DNA of 64,000 nt from Mytilus trossulus. Lineage: Eukaryota. The stretch's first letter is position 1, and each line of letters opens with the position of its first letter. The stretch covers positions 9,672,001 to 9,736,000 of the forward strand of contig NC_086386.1 of assembly GCF_036588685.1 (NCBI RefSeq), read 5' to 3'. Positions 12,701-28,300 of the stretch are shown piece by piece. A program made the position numbers and the translations under genes. Under the pieces are notes generated by a model that was not told where the DNA came from, ran no database searches, and saw nothing but the letters and a program-made list of their open reading frames with translations.

Positions 12701-15700
12701 TCCAACACAATGTAGACCTCCACAGATGTTTTGAACTATTTCAGTTTTATTTAATTACATCTGGGTAAATTGTATAATAATCATACTGTGCTTTAATAAC
12801 TGAATTTATATCTGATTTTCGACTGTTGTGTTTGACTTTCCGTTTCTTCCTTAGAGCTTTCTATTTCTAGCCCCAAGTTTCATCATCAACATACAGCATG
12901 TATGCTCCTCAGTATAGTCTGCTTCATTCCTCCATTGAATGAGAAAGTGTCACTAGAAACATATCAATACACTGTTTTAATCAGCTATTCTTCAGTATCG
13001 ATTTCTAACTAAATAGGCTAATATATTACAATTTGTAAATGTCAAAATAAAGTACCTTTTAAAGATACTATACAAATCTCTTCTATCATATAGCTTTTTA
13101 AGGCACAGATTCCTTATACATGTACTCCATCATATGATTTAATGATGTATATTAGATAATCAAAACTTAATTGGATTATAATGGCTCTTTAAACAAAGCT
13201 AATGTTTTGCTGCTCATGATTAAGATTAATGCATTGCATTAGAGAGAGAGAGATAGCAGTGAATTATGTAATAATACATTAGGTCCTTTTGGCCATTTAT
13301 AAGGGATCCTGGACAACCTGATTGCCTTTTGAATTGATATTGTTTGATGTCATAATATTGTGTATAAAAGAATTAAAAATTTTTAATTAGTTATAATGGG
13401 TTTACCTTAGCCTGCAAGTCTTGGGGAGCTTATGATACAGTACTATATATCAGATCTATATTCTAGATGAAAGCAGTATGTTATATGTAACAGATTTCTT
13501 TGGTGGTTTTCTGCTAAAGTATACCTCGATTCTAAAACCTACGCTACTGAATTACGAAAAAAAGTGTGTAAAAAAGGATTAATTGTGAATTTGCAAAGTT
13601 CAAGGACCATATTTAATTCTGCCCCAAAATGCATTTGCTCTGATTAAAACCTATGAACATTTCTCTTAGACTAAGATATTTATAACTTGTGTTAAATAAA
13701 AAAATGTATTATTTTAGTTACTGCCCTTGTGTACCTACAAATGTAGGAAAGATCAAACGCTGAAGGTATTGGAGCTCGATTCTCTTATTACATTAACTTT
13801 ATTTTGACCCTGGTAGAAAGTTTTCTCAATCATTGTTTCATTAGTAATCAAACCATATTTATGCTGTGTTTCTCTTTTTGTGACAAGTTTCTGATAAAAA
13901 AAATCTTTCAAAGTTTTTATATGACTGTAAAAATTTTAAAAAATTTGGTCATATATTGGTATCACGTTGGCATCGTCAGTGTTGTCTGAAGACGGATAGT
14001 TTCCAGATTACAACTTAAGTATATGTAAATAGAAAATGATAGAATTTTGATAAAAGGGTTAATTTATAACCACTTAAGGAATGTTGGGATTGATTTTGGG
14101 GGTTTTGGTCCCAACAATTTAGGAACAAGGGGTCCAAAAGGGGTCAAAATAAGTATTTGTCTAGTTTCGAGACAATAACTTGTATGAAGGTGTATGGATC
14201 TTTCTGAAAGTGTACCACAAGATTCCCATTTCTAAAAAGGAAGGTTGGGATATATATTGATTTTGGGGGTTACAGCCCAAACTGTTGAGGAATTAGGGTC
14301 CAAAAAGGTCCAAAAACAATACTTTTCTAATACTTTGTATAAATTGCTTATTTATTGACCAATTTCAAATGGGGTTTTATTCTTGACTTCTTGGGGTTCT
14401 TAAATATGCTGAAACTAACCATGTCTTAAGTTTTTGGAATTTGGTCCACATGAGGCCCAAAGGGTCCAATATTTATCTTCTTTTTTTTTGTTTGATTTCA
14501 TCTAAAATTGAGTTATTGAGTTTCTTTGATATGCGCATGCCTAAATACAAAAAATGTAACCGTGTATATAGATTTTTAATATTGGGTCCCTTTTTCAACT
14601 TGGTCTACATTCATGACATTATGGTCCAAAGGGTCCAAAATAAAACTTAGTTTGATTTTAACAAAAAATGAATTTTTGGGGTTGATATGCTGAATCTTAA
14701 CATGTATTTAGATTTTTTGATTGTGGGCCAAGTTTTCAAGTTGGTCCAAATTGGGGTCCGAAATTTAGCGAAGCTTGATTTCAACAAAAAATGAATGTGC
14801 TGATCAACAAAAAATGAATGTATGCTATAACTACGCATGTATTTATATTTTTGATTTTTGGACTCTGTTAATTAATTGGTCCACACTGAGGTCAAAAGGG
14901 GCCAAAATTAAGCTTTGTTTGATCTCATCAAAAATTTAATTCTTGTGATTCTTTGATATGCTGAATCAATCCATGGCCAGTTATTTCGATTTTGGATATT
15001 TAAACCATAATAGGTAAAAAATAATAATTGTTTAAGTTAATTAGATCACATTCATTCTGTGTCAGAAATCTATACTGTGTCAACTATTTAATCACAATTC
15101 AAATTCAGAGCTGTATCTGACAGCTTGAATATTGTGTCCATACTTGCCCCAACTGTTCAGGGTTCGACCTTTGCTGTCGTATAAAGCTGCGCCCTGTGGA
15201 GAATCTGGTTTGGCCTATTATGGAAGGAGAAATTAAAATCTTCTTTTCATATCTGTCTATCAATCTGACTTATTTTGCATACATCACCTAGGCAAAATCT
15301 ACAGAACTCTTTTAATTTTGTTCAAGGTATATGTAGTTTTACTCATTTCCTAGAGTATTATTACTCTAAGGCACAAATTGAAGAGGTTTCAAGTAGGCAT
15401 TATTCTCCAGAAAGAGCACTGGGGTACCTGATAATGGTGCTACATGTATATTTTCTACCACAGAGTTATCCTGGATAAATTTATAATAGAATTTATAATA
15501 GAATTTATAAGGGTCATGGAGCTATAATTTCTGGAAAACTGTGTATGTTAATAATATCCATGGTGCTATTTCAATTTTCTGAGGAGAACACTAAGTTAAA
15601 CCTATTCTATTTCCTGATATAAGAACATGAGGCTCATACAAACATTTCCTTAACATATGTTGTGGAAATCCTCCCACAACTTTGATTTTTTTTTCTTAAA

Positions 15701-18700
15701 GTACATGTAGACACATACATGTACTCTAAATCACTATTAAGTCTGATAAAAATCACTAATCAGGATTTCCAATTTCCTGTGAAAGTTATTACATCATTGT
15801 AAATAAATATAGTGATAAACTAGACTGTCTAGGCAGGATTGATAAAGAATTCCATGTTTGAAATGGGAAATTGTGTAGAATTTGTTTTAAATAAAGAAAT
15901 ACTTGGCAGGAGTGAATTTAGTTTATTTTGTCCAGTGCAAAATTTCACATAACATTTCATTGCATAAATATCACTGGAAGTTAAACAATCAAATTTTCAC
16001 CTTTGTTAACCTATGAACAATGCAAGCTTAAGTAGCCATCCAAAACATTGTATAGAATTAAACATCAAATAAAAAATAATGGTGCTTTGAAACACCAAAG
16101 ATTTGACCCAGATGTTTTTGACTGTAATGACATACATGTATGATGTAGAATTAACAACTGTGATAAATTCATGGCCCTAATGAAGGGAATATTTTTTTTC
16201 AACCCATTTTCGTATGCAACTGGATGTGACATATATACTAAGTAAGATACAAAATGTTTTACACCTATATGATGTTCAGTCATATATTTTTTTTTAAGTA
16301 AAGGTATCAAAAACAAAAATGCAGTTATGCTATAAATATGGGTTCTCCGTTTCTTAGTGAGTTTAAACTAGTTCCAACCATTTGGATAATTTCTCCAACA
16401 ATACACAATTAGTTAACCCTGATAATCTAGTCCTGTATACATCTATATATTCTTAACTGCATAAACCTTTACACTTTTTTGTCAGTTAACTAAGATTTGT
16501 TTGGTGAGACAACTTCAAACAATCATGAGCTAATTGTTACATAACCTTGACTTCATTTTCATATGCCAGTATTCCAGTTACATTTAGGACATTTTTTTGT
16601 GTAATTGGTCTGTTATACCATATAATAATAATGTATGTCAGGAAAGCTTTAATTAGATTGTTATCAATATAGAATATATGTCCTTCTGATAGATATATGT
16701 CATATACATTTGTACCAGCTATATGTCATTGACTTATTTCCATGCTCTGTTGTTCAGGTTTATAGCTAAAACAAAATATAAAATGGAAACAGGGAATGCG
16801 TCCTATAGACAACAACTGGACTAATAGGAGAAAACAGCCAACCAATGCAGGGGCGGATCCAGCCATTTAAAAAAAGGGGGGTTCCAACTATATGTACCCT
16901 TCAAATGCATTGATCGTCCAAAAAAGGGGTCCAACCCCCCAGCTGCTCCCCCTGGATCTGCCAATGCAGTGAGTCGTCAACAAAGAGAGAAATCCTTTTG
17001 TCCTTACATTTGACAATAGATATGATTGTTCTTTGTAGTCAAGCCAGCAGTTTTGGAAGCCTTTCCATCTAAACATATATACATGTATATAATATGTAAT
17101 GTGAACTTGTCAATCATTTTCAGACTCTTTTACATGTAGTATGTAATGTCAGTACCTTTTTGTCGAGCCTTCAACTTTAGTCGAAAAAAGCGAGACTAAG
17201 CGATCCTACATTCCGTCGGTGTCGGCGGCGTCAACAAATATTCACTCTGTGGTTAAAGTTTTTGAAATTTTAATAACTTTCTTAAACTATACTGGATTTC
17301 TACCAAACTTTGACAGAAGCTTGTTTATGATCATAAGATAGTATCCAGAAGTAAATTTTGTAAAAATAAAATTCAATTTTTCGTATTTTACTATAAATGG
17401 ACTTAGTTTTTTTTGCGGGGAAACAAAACAATCACTCTGTGGTTAAAGTTTTTAAAATTGTAATAACTTTCTCCAACTATCCTGGGTTTGTACCAAACTT
17501 AGACAGAAGCTTGTTTATGATCATAAGATAGTATCCAGAAGTAAATTTTGTAAAAATAAAATTCCATTTTTCCGTATTATACTATAAATGGTCTTAGTTT
17601 TTTCTGCGGGGAAACAAAACATTCACTCTGTGGTTAAAGTTTTTAGAACTTTCTTAAACTATCCTGGGTTTGTACCAAAATTGGACAGAAGCTTGTTTAT
17701 GATCATAAGATAGTTTCCGGAAGTAAATTTTGTAAATAAATAAATCCATTTTTTCTATATTTTACTTTTAAATGGACTTAGTTTTTCTGCGGGGAACCAT
17801 TACATTCACTCTGTGGTTAAAGTTTTTAAAATTTTAATAACTTTCTTAAACTATCCTGGGTTTGTACCAAACATGGACAGAAGCTAATTTATGATCATTA
17901 GATTGTATCCAGAAGTAAAGTTTGTAAAAAAATTACTCAGTTTTTTCTGTAATTTACTTTTAAATGGACTTAGATTTTCTTACAATCATAAAATAGTAAC
18001 AAGAGGAATATTTTTATTGATTTTTTTCCTCATTGTTGTTGAGCCTGCGATTTACAGCAAAAATAGTCGAGGCACTGGGTTCCGCGGAACCCTTACAAAT
18101 TTTTTTCCTAACTTTTGTTGAGCCTGCGATTTACAGCAAAAGTAGGCGAGACACCGGGTTCCGTGGAACCCTTACAAATTTTATAGCCAGTTATAGAGTA
18201 ATATGATGGTTTTGCTCATTGTTGAAGACTGTATGATGACACCATTATTTTTCTTAAGTTCTCACCATTTGGACTGAAGCAATTTCAAGTGGATATTTAT
18301 CTCATTGGTAATCATACAACATCTCCTTATTGTTATAATATAAGTTAAACTCTGTGTTCTAGCTTATGACTGTAACTAAGACTTTAACTCAAATGGGTAA
18401 CAGTGTATAACAAACTACTATTGTCTTTAGTAAAATACGTATTTCCTAAATGATGTATGATTAGTTCTTCCTGTTTAGATCACCCATGATTAAAATATTT
18501 TGTAAACAATTTAATCTTTATCAAACATGCACAAGTTGCACTTGTTATCATAGTACATGTAGTATATAAAAACTGAAGGATCACTGGAAAGTTGTTTTAA
18601 GGAAATTATAGCATATAACACAAACAAAAGTTTATTCAATGTGTAAATGGATGACTCAGGAACTAAATTGTGATAAAGTTCCTTTTATTTATCGTTAATG

Positions 18701-19302
18701 GGAATAGAAACAACTTATTAGATTGGATTGTTCACTTATTCTGAATGAGTTTTGAACAAGAACACCATGGTGTTGAATATGAATGATGATCCACTTTCAC
18801 CAGTGAAATATGGTTGTGAAGTGACCGTAGACATAATAACAAATAATGTTAAGGATTCTATACAAAGTCAGCAATTTGAGGATAAAGTTGAATTCTGTGA
18901 ACTCAGTACAGGGGTATGTTTAAGAAATATAAAATAAAAACTTTTGAGAGATTTAGAGAAATGGAGGTTCTAGTTCTATTTTTATATGCCCGTGTTTAAA
19001 TTACATATTATGTTGGACAATAACTATGAAACGCTTGAACCAATATGCATGAAATTTCAGTGGATTGTTTGACTATTGATGTCATTCATTAAAAAAAAGA
19101 GGAACTTTCCAATTTTCTAACCATAAGGCCATGGAAAATTAATTGTTGGTTTCCCCTAACATGGGAAAATTTTAAAACCCGGCAGGCAGGCTTTTTTTTT
19201 TTTTTTTTTTTTAACCATGCATTATCTTATATCTATATGTATTGTTTCTACAGTGGAACTTTAAACTTGCATACTCCCAACACACTTTTAGTTGTCTCTG
19301 CA

Positions 19303-19337
<35 letters not shown>

Positions 19338-22300
19338 CACAAAAAAATTGAATGACCCGGCGGTAAAACAGTGACCCGGTCGGGTTAGGGGAAACCATGA
19401 ATTATTTTCCCATGGCCTAAGTCAAAAAAGCTTTCAACATTTTCATGTAGCTTTTGTGAATTTCTGAGTCTATTGACTTAGGCTCCATTTCGATTTCTAC
19501 TAAAATATTTAGATTTTGCATTTCAGAATTATTTAACTTTATTCTTTAAGGGTGGCTCGCGGGTCTTAATCAAATTTTTTATTTAATATAGGATTTCTCT
19601 ATATTGTTCTATAAATAAACTTTATCTGATACTTATTAGAAAAATGAAATAAAAAAATGGGGTCACGGTTCATTTATGGTCACAATCTGCCTTCCAAAGA
19701 AGCATACATTTTTGTTGATGTCCTTTTTTTCTGTTGAACTATTAGGAGAAAAAGTCGTAATATCGAAATAAAAAAATATCTTAGTTACAGAAATCGCTTA
19801 AATTGTACAATTATTCAGTTTATGTGCAGCTTATTCGAAAACAACAGTAAAAAATAAAGGTCACAGATGAGTTAAAAAAAAAAATAGATTTTAATGCCAA
19901 AAATGTCATTTTTGCATCAAAGGAAGATAATTTGGAGCTTTTTCAATGATATCTACATTTTAAAAATCACCTGGGGCCAACACAAATTGATTTTTTTGAA
20001 TGATTTTTGTACCATACGATAAAGCAAAAACTACTAAAGGTAATAGATAAAAAAAAAGATAAAAAATCTGAAAATCTTATACCCGCGAGCCTCTTTAAAA
20101 AGCGATGGGCATATCATTCAGTTTAACCATGCATGTCACTTGTTGATGTGCCTTTCCCAAGCAAAATTTGTAAGAGAAATTGAAACATAGGACAATTTTG
20201 TAAAAGTATCTAATGAATACATTGTATGTTAATATGCCTATACAGTAAGACAAAATTAGCATGGAACATTAGAAGATGATATCATTCATGTGAAAGTAAA
20301 GGTTATCTTACATTTATCATTTCATAAACCAAGATAAAGTTTTCATAATATTTGTCTTCAAAAATCAAAAGACCACTTTTGCCCTTCACCTGAAAAAACA
20401 CCTTTATGACCAGATAGAGGGGATCGCCTGTATATGAATGGTGTTCACTAAAACCAAAGTTTTTAATGGAAATTCATCAAACTGTAAAGTTGTCTATTCT
20501 TTGGTGTATATGCTTTATAATTATCTGAGTGCAACAGCAACAATTTATTAGTTGTGAATAGGTCATTTTATTGAGAACCACTAGTGGTAGGTCAATGATA
20601 TTGGATATGCAATTGTATTAATAATGACACATCTCATTTTATGGAGGTTTGGTGACAAGCCCCTCATTCATGATCTATGGACTGAATTGTTTGTCATAGA
20701 GTAATAAGTTTGTGATTATATATTTGCACAAGAGGTGCTAGCATTTCCCGGATTTCTCCTCTAATAGTTTACCATAGACCAACACCCTCCCATGAAAATG
20801 GGACATTAAAACACCAACCTACATGTATCTACATCTATTAATTACGATGTGAATAAAACATGTGAAACTAGCATCCTTTTCACAAATAAACATTTTACTC
20901 AGTAGAACTTTTCATTTTGAAATTGTATTTTCTTGTTTCTTTGCAGGTTCCAGAATTGTTCAGTTGTATTCAGGAAGAAACCAGAAGAGATTTGTTTGAA
21001 GATCTGGGAGAACAGAAAGTCTCAGAACCTGCTAAAGCTTTCTACGAAATCATGTACATTGGGCGAGCTAAACTTAAGTGCAAAAAGATCACTTGTGCTC
21101 ACATTGATGATCTTTACGGTAAACTGTTAAAGAAGGAAATAGATCGTAAAAAGATGCTGGAAGATAAATTTGAACAACGAAGAAGGCACGGAAGTGGAAT
21201 GAGTACTAAAAGTTTACCAGCGACATTAGAAGAAAATGTTTCCGTTACAGAAAATGAGCTACAGAAACAGTGTGAGACGATGAAACCTCATAACATTTTC
21301 TCTGAGAGCCCTGCAAGTAGTGCCGACGAACTTTCTAGTCTGAGTGATCAGCAAAGTTCTACAGAGAATGTCCTGGACAATTCTGGTCACTTCTCACTTG
21401 GACTTCCATCTAGCATTAGTGAACTGTCTGATTCAGGAGAATTAATGAAGGAGGATCCAATCTTAAATAAAACTCTGACAAAGACAGACAATGAAAATTC
21501 CTCTAAAGATCTTCATGTACATTTCAATGAGAACTGTGTCACAGCAGAGCAGGAAAACCCGAACCGAACAATGCTGTTCAGATTAGGGGCCAACGAGGTG
21601 TCTTTAATTAGCTTGGACAAAAGGTCCATCATATTAGACAAAAGGTTCAAAGATATTTCTTCTGTTTCACAGGTAATTACTATAGGTTACAATACACCAT
21701 TAGATTTTATGGGTGCAGCCATTTTATGAGCATAACATGGTATTCAGAATTAAGAGTATGGCGAATCCTGATTGGTCGATATGTTCGCCCGTTATTTTTT
21801 ATTCTTAGAGACTTCCTGCACTCTGCTTTATACAAAAGCAAAATAAATAATTAATCCGTAGCCCTAAAGGCACTGAGATGACTTTTCAACGCTACGACAA
21901 GACACATATTTTTAAGGGCAATATTGATAGGCATGGGAGATAAGTACAAAATACGCTAAGAAAAGCAACGCAAACCTATATTTTTTGGACCAAAAAATAC
22001 TGTCCTAATAACTTTTCTTTCATTCTAGCAAGGTTTCGTTAAAATCAACTTTCTAAAGTCTGTATCTCGAAAAAGGCTACCATTGTCGCCTATGGCGAAA
22101 TTAATTGTTTATTTTAATCTATAAGTACATATCAATGATATGTCTGACTTTAACTTTCTGAGAATTTACCATCTGATTAAAAGACAAATCCTGAGTCAAT
22201 GCTTTGCATACTATCTGACTACTGCTCGCTTCTTAATTTCTGTTTTACAGATCTTTTGGGATCATAGGGGTTTTGTCGTGGAATGAAACACACCTTTCAA

Positions 22301-25300
22301 AATTTTGAAAATTGTAATTTCACGATCGATTTCAATCAAAAGTTTTTTTTGTGAAAAGAGCACCAAAACAGAATGTAGAACGGACTGTTGTCATACACAT
22401 GTGAGCAAACTTGTACACAAAATATATGGATTACTCTAAATTTCTTGGTAATGTGGGTAAATCTATTGCACAACTGGATAACCAATAAACACTTTTCTAG
22501 TTATTTGAATATGTCAAATGAAAACTAACAATACTGTCAAATTAAAAATTGAATCATAAAATTTGATAAAGCAGGAATAATTGGACAAAAAATCTTCATA
22601 ATAATATAGTTATGCAGGTCAAAAGAACCAGTACTTGTTTTGTGTTAATCTATTTTAAAACATTTGCTTATTTTTCTTGTCATAAAACTATTTAGTTTAA
22701 AATAATGTTAAGCATAGTTTAAAATAATGTTAAGCATATAGTTAAAAATATTGTTAAGCATATAGTTTAAAATATTGTTAAGCATACATAAAGGAATAAT
22801 TTTTGTAAGTATTTAATGGCTTTTCAAACTGCTCTCAATCTATATGATCTAGGTTAATAAAAAATGTTTTCCTGAGTTTGTGTTAAAACATTTAATAGAG
22901 TACAGCTGCTGTTCACTATTTGTTCATAATATATAAGTAAAAGTCCTTGGTCTGCTTCATTGATTATTACAAAACATTTATTCATATCCATGTAAAAGTG
23001 TGAATACATGTGTTTTATTATGGTTCATCAATTTCACTATTTTCTCTTTAGAAAACAGAATTTTATGTACATGATAAAATCAAATTTATATAAATATATT
23101 CTTTGAGGATTTTGGTTCAGAAAAATTTATTTTTTAACCATATTAAACATTTTAGAAGACCACATTTATTGACTGATTGTTGCTTTATACATACATTGTT
23201 GTACATCATGTACTTACAACCTATACTTTTTGTATGTGTACAAATTGATAATCTTGATCAGTTATTATATAATTAAGGAAATTGATACAGATTTTCCACA
23301 TATCTTATAAAATTGAGAATGGAAAAGGGGAATATGTCAAAGAGACAACAACCCAACCAAAAAGCAGATATTAGATGAAGACCACCAATGGGTCTTCAAC
23401 CCAGCATGAAAGTCCTGTATCCAGAGGTTGGCGTCAGCCCTAAATAAAAATTTGTACAAGTTCTGTGAAAATGGAAGCCATTTTAAACCCTGAAACTATT
23501 TTTTGGGGATCAGGAGGCATCACAATCTAGGAAACAGGCATATGTTTTTAAGGTTTTAGACAGTATACATGTATATATAATATTTAATGTAAAATATGTT
23601 GTAAACCAAAAAATTATGTTACACATTATTTTATTCATTTGTTAAAAGTAATATTTCCGTATTAATTTCCCTGCAAAGTAACTATCAATGGACTTGATAA
23701 AGGTTGAAAATCATTATTTTGTGGAGGTGACAGTCATGACAGTGAAGAGTCTGTATTTGCATGTTTTTATCATGTTTATAAACCCTATGAGATTTGTGTT
23801 TTGGAATACAACAATAAATCAATCCCAAAGACTATGAATCAGTGAATAGTTATTTATAAAGATCAATATTGAGTGGGAAATGGTCAGTTAATTACAGCTT
23901 ATTGTCTTATTATGTGTATTGTATTATAGGATGAACAACCATGACTTACTTTTATGTCAATCAAGGTTGTTAATTATGCAAACAACACTTGTTTTGATTC
24001 TATACCTTCATTTAAGATTCTGAAATTCAATCATCACGTTGGAAGAAGTGAAAAATCTTTTATTTTCTTAAAATTCAAAATTGAACGATCGTTTCATGCC
24101 CCACCTATGATAGAAAAGGGGCATTATGTTTTCTGGTCTGTGTGTCTGTTTGTCCCAGCTCAGGTTAAAGTTTTTGGTCAAGTTAGTTTTTGATGAAGTT
24201 GAAGTCCAATCAACTTGAAACTTAGTACACAAGTTCCCAATGGTATGGTCTTTCTAATTTAAAGCCAAATGAGTGGGGCTTGTACCATTTTGATAAAGAT
24301 AACTAAAAAAAACCATTGCAAAGTCAATGGATGTATTTTGCAAAATAGTTAAACATTTTGTAAAATGTTAAATGGAATTAAAGAAATCAGCATAGCTGAT
24401 GATGATATTGTAACAATATATTCAATCTTTTGTATCATTTTGTAGGGAAAAGACAATGCAGAGGTGTTTGGTTTTATTGCTAGAGAAAATGGAAATGTTT
24501 TTGTGTGCCATGTGATGAAATGTCATTCCTTCTCTGTAGTAAGTAGACACACAAATACACACTATCACACACACTCTTAGGCTAGATTGGAAAATGGAAT
24601 TTTTTTTGGATATCATGATATTTCTCCCCTGTAAATTTTACAGAAAAACATTTTGTATTCTTCAGATAGAGGCAAAAAAACTAGAATTCAATTTCAAATG
24701 CATCGTATTGTATTCCTCATTCTTAAAATATTTGCTAATAGTCCCAAAGTTTTCTTATATTATCTCTTTCCTGTATATATGACATGTACTTAAACGTGAA
24801 ACTTGTTGGCCCAAACTCTCTGCTGGGAATGAATATGTCATGTATGTGATTTGGATCAGACAGGTGCTTGGATTTATTTTCAAAAAGTTTATGTCACACA
24901 TGATTCATGTTTACAAAAGGTTTCACTGCACACAGCATTGATGAAATAAGTCGTTCAATTTATGCTCTTTGCTCATTTGAAAATAAGTAGGCATTGTAAT
25001 TGTCAATAGCTTTAGTTAATGTGGATTAATTATTATTTGTTGGATAACAATTTTCGTGGAATTTATAGTTATAGGTGAACCACAAGATTAAATGTTCAAC
25101 AAATAGCAAATTTTCTTTATGCTTGTATGCAGTCTGAGGCCTTTTATAGCTGACTATGGGGAATGGGCTTTGCTCATTGATGAAGACTGTACGGTGACCT
25201 ATAGTTGTTAATTTCTGTGTCATTTTGGTCTCTTGTGGACAGTTGTCTCATTGGTGTGAATCATACCACATCTTCTTTTTATATTAGGCAAAACCACGAA

Positions 25301-28300
25301 ATGAAATATCCACCATCCACGAAAATTGGTACCCAATAATAAATGAATCCTCCATAGGTTTAAATTGTCAACATTATGTTGCCTGTCCATGTTGAAATGA
25401 TCAAAGAGCTGAAATTGATAGAACTTTTTCTATTATGAAAAAAATGACTTCTTTATATTGATCTTTTGAATCAATAAGACAGGTTCATATGACAGCCTCT
25501 TTTACATAAGAATTCTACAGAAAAATCAATTAAGTGCAAGTACCTTAAAATTAACTTCTTAATTTAAACGATATTGTGGAATTTCCTATCGTGCAACACA
25601 TTCTAAAATATAATTTTTTATCAACACCTTCATTGGATGTTTAATTATAATGTAAAACATGTTGACCCCATGTTTTGTTGGAAACAGAACACAAATTTGT
25701 TTACAAAGGGAAAGAAGAGTGTCATTTTAGAAATTCATATAAAAATAAAGTATTTACATATATGCAAAAGACGTTCAAAAATGCATCACATGGACATTTT
25801 AGTTTCTGGTTAATATTTTTGATTTCATGTCAGTATAAAATGTTGTAAGGATTGAAAACATGGGAAAGATATATTGTTTTTTTATATTTGTATTTAGCTG
25901 AGAGAATGGCATTTCACACAGATTCTAATGTTGATTTCCTTATTGTGCTAAAATAACAGGAAGTCATAAGACATATTCCTCAATATATTGGGAAAACATA
26001 TCAAACTTTATACGTTTATACACAATGTAGATCAATGAATGAATTATTTATGTCACTGTTTAACGAATCCCCTTTATGATGTTGCTGTATTATTCAAGGA
26101 TACATTGAAGATTTTTATTTGATTTTCTATACATTTTGGTAATTGTAAGGCATTAACATTGCTCTTGGTTTTACATGTACATGTTCAAGGTTAGTATCAC
26201 TTTCCAGGACAAAAGGGGTTTTTTTTTTTTTAGGGGGGGGGGGGGGTATTTTTTCTGCTCTGTTACATTTAAAAGAAATAATGATCAGGATTTTGATACT
26301 TTGTAATGTTTGGTTAGGGTAAATTTATAGTCATCAGATTTTCATTTTGTCAGTTTGAACTAAGTAAAGGAGTTACTTGTTGACAAGTAGACAGCAAATC
26401 AACAGCTCTTTCATTTGCTCTATCAGCAATGTGTTAATTGTATATTATCATATAGCCTTAGTTGAACATAAATCTTCATGGCTTTATTTTTCTGCCTCTG
26501 ACTTTACTCAGTATCTCCATATTTGAGTAACTTGTAACAAATTGTTCACATATATCTACATGTATATGTAAGGTCCTCTGAACTTTACAAAGGAAATAAT
26601 TAAGACAAAAAAGTACTGTCTGGTATTGAGTTATTTGTCAAAAATATTTTTGGGGAGATGGTCATTTTGTTTTCTTCTAAATTAAAGAAGAAATCAGTAT
26701 ATGTACATTTGGTATTTAATGTCCTACTTTTTATACTGATTTTAAAGCCTTACATGTTCTGTTATTTTGTAATTAAATTTAAAATACATAAGGACAATGT
26801 TTTACATGATTTTATATTTCTTGCTTGTACATGGCAGATTTTTGGGAATGTAGTTTTTTGTAAACAAACTTTCATATTGAAAAAAAAAAGACGTCTATAT
26901 AAACTACAAGTATAATATGCTTATTAAGTTACTGTTATTATTTTACAATGTTAAATTTTGATAAATTTACTCTGACCAAGGATTTGTATAGTAAGTCTTA
27001 CTATACAAATCCTTGCTCTGACAAATGATTTGTTTACTTTAAGACAGACGAGATCATGTCTGTTCTGAGATCAGCATTCCAGTGTGCGTATGAACAGACT
27101 CATAAACAGATCTGTATAATGTGTCCATTACACCAGCTACATAAGTTGTGTCAGGAACTGAACGGTAAGTTACAATACAAAGCAAATAAATAGACTCGCA
27201 GTCTGTGTTTGGATCTAAATGGTTATTGTGAATACAAAACTAGCAGCTAACTTCAGTCTGTGTCAGGAAAGTATATGTGTCAACATGGTCAAAATAAGAA
27301 CAAATACAAAACAGGCAACACAAAACAAAGGCTCTGTAAAAAGACTCCAAAAAACATAGGCTATGTTTTAAAAAACTTCAATCAGACAACACAAAAAAAG
27401 GCTATGTCAAAGCTCTTAGCAGGAAACACACAAATCAGACTATGTCAAAAATTCCAAGCATTCACTGTAAACAAGATGCATTTTTAATTCTTAATGACAT
27501 CTTGTTCATTTGATTACCATTTTTTATTATTCTCTGTGTTAGAAAGCTCAGGAAAAAGAAGTGCCTTCAAATTAGAAATTTATAAATACGCAGGCTACAA
27601 GGCTGTACAAAGCAAAGTCTTAAAGATTTATGTCCTATGTTTGTAGGATTATCTAGTCACAATGCATATGACCTCTTAGAGAAAAGACTTCACAATCTAC
27701 AGGAGAAAGATGTCGCTGATGTCCATAACCTTGTACAGGTACGGCTTAATTATAAATATTTAAAGTTATTTGGGATCTTCACGGGGGATGTAGGCTCATA
27801 TTCCCCTTCATTGTTTATATCTGTAGTTTCAGAATTCTAAACTTTTGCTGCACATGTAATTGTAGTTTGAGAATTTTAAACATTACTACACATGTCATTA
27901 TAGATTGAGAATTTAAAGAATTTACTGCACATGCAATTGTAGTTCCAGAATTTTAAACTTACTTTTTCACATGCAATTGTTTCAGAATTAAATGTTTTAA
28001 TGCACATGTAACTGTTGTTTGCATATTTTTAAATTTAACTACACATTTAATTCAAGATTTTACTACATGTGTAGTTTTATTTTGAAAATTTTAAGATTTT
28101 ACAAGTGGTTTTAGTTTTAGAATTTTAAACTTTTACTCAACATTTAATTTTAGTATGAAAAATTCTAAACATGTAATTGTGTGTTGAGAATTTAAACATT
28201 TACTACACATGTTATTGTAGATTGAGATAACTAAGTTTTACTACACCATGTACACATGTATTTGTAGTTTGAGAATTATAACTTTTACTGCACATGTAAT

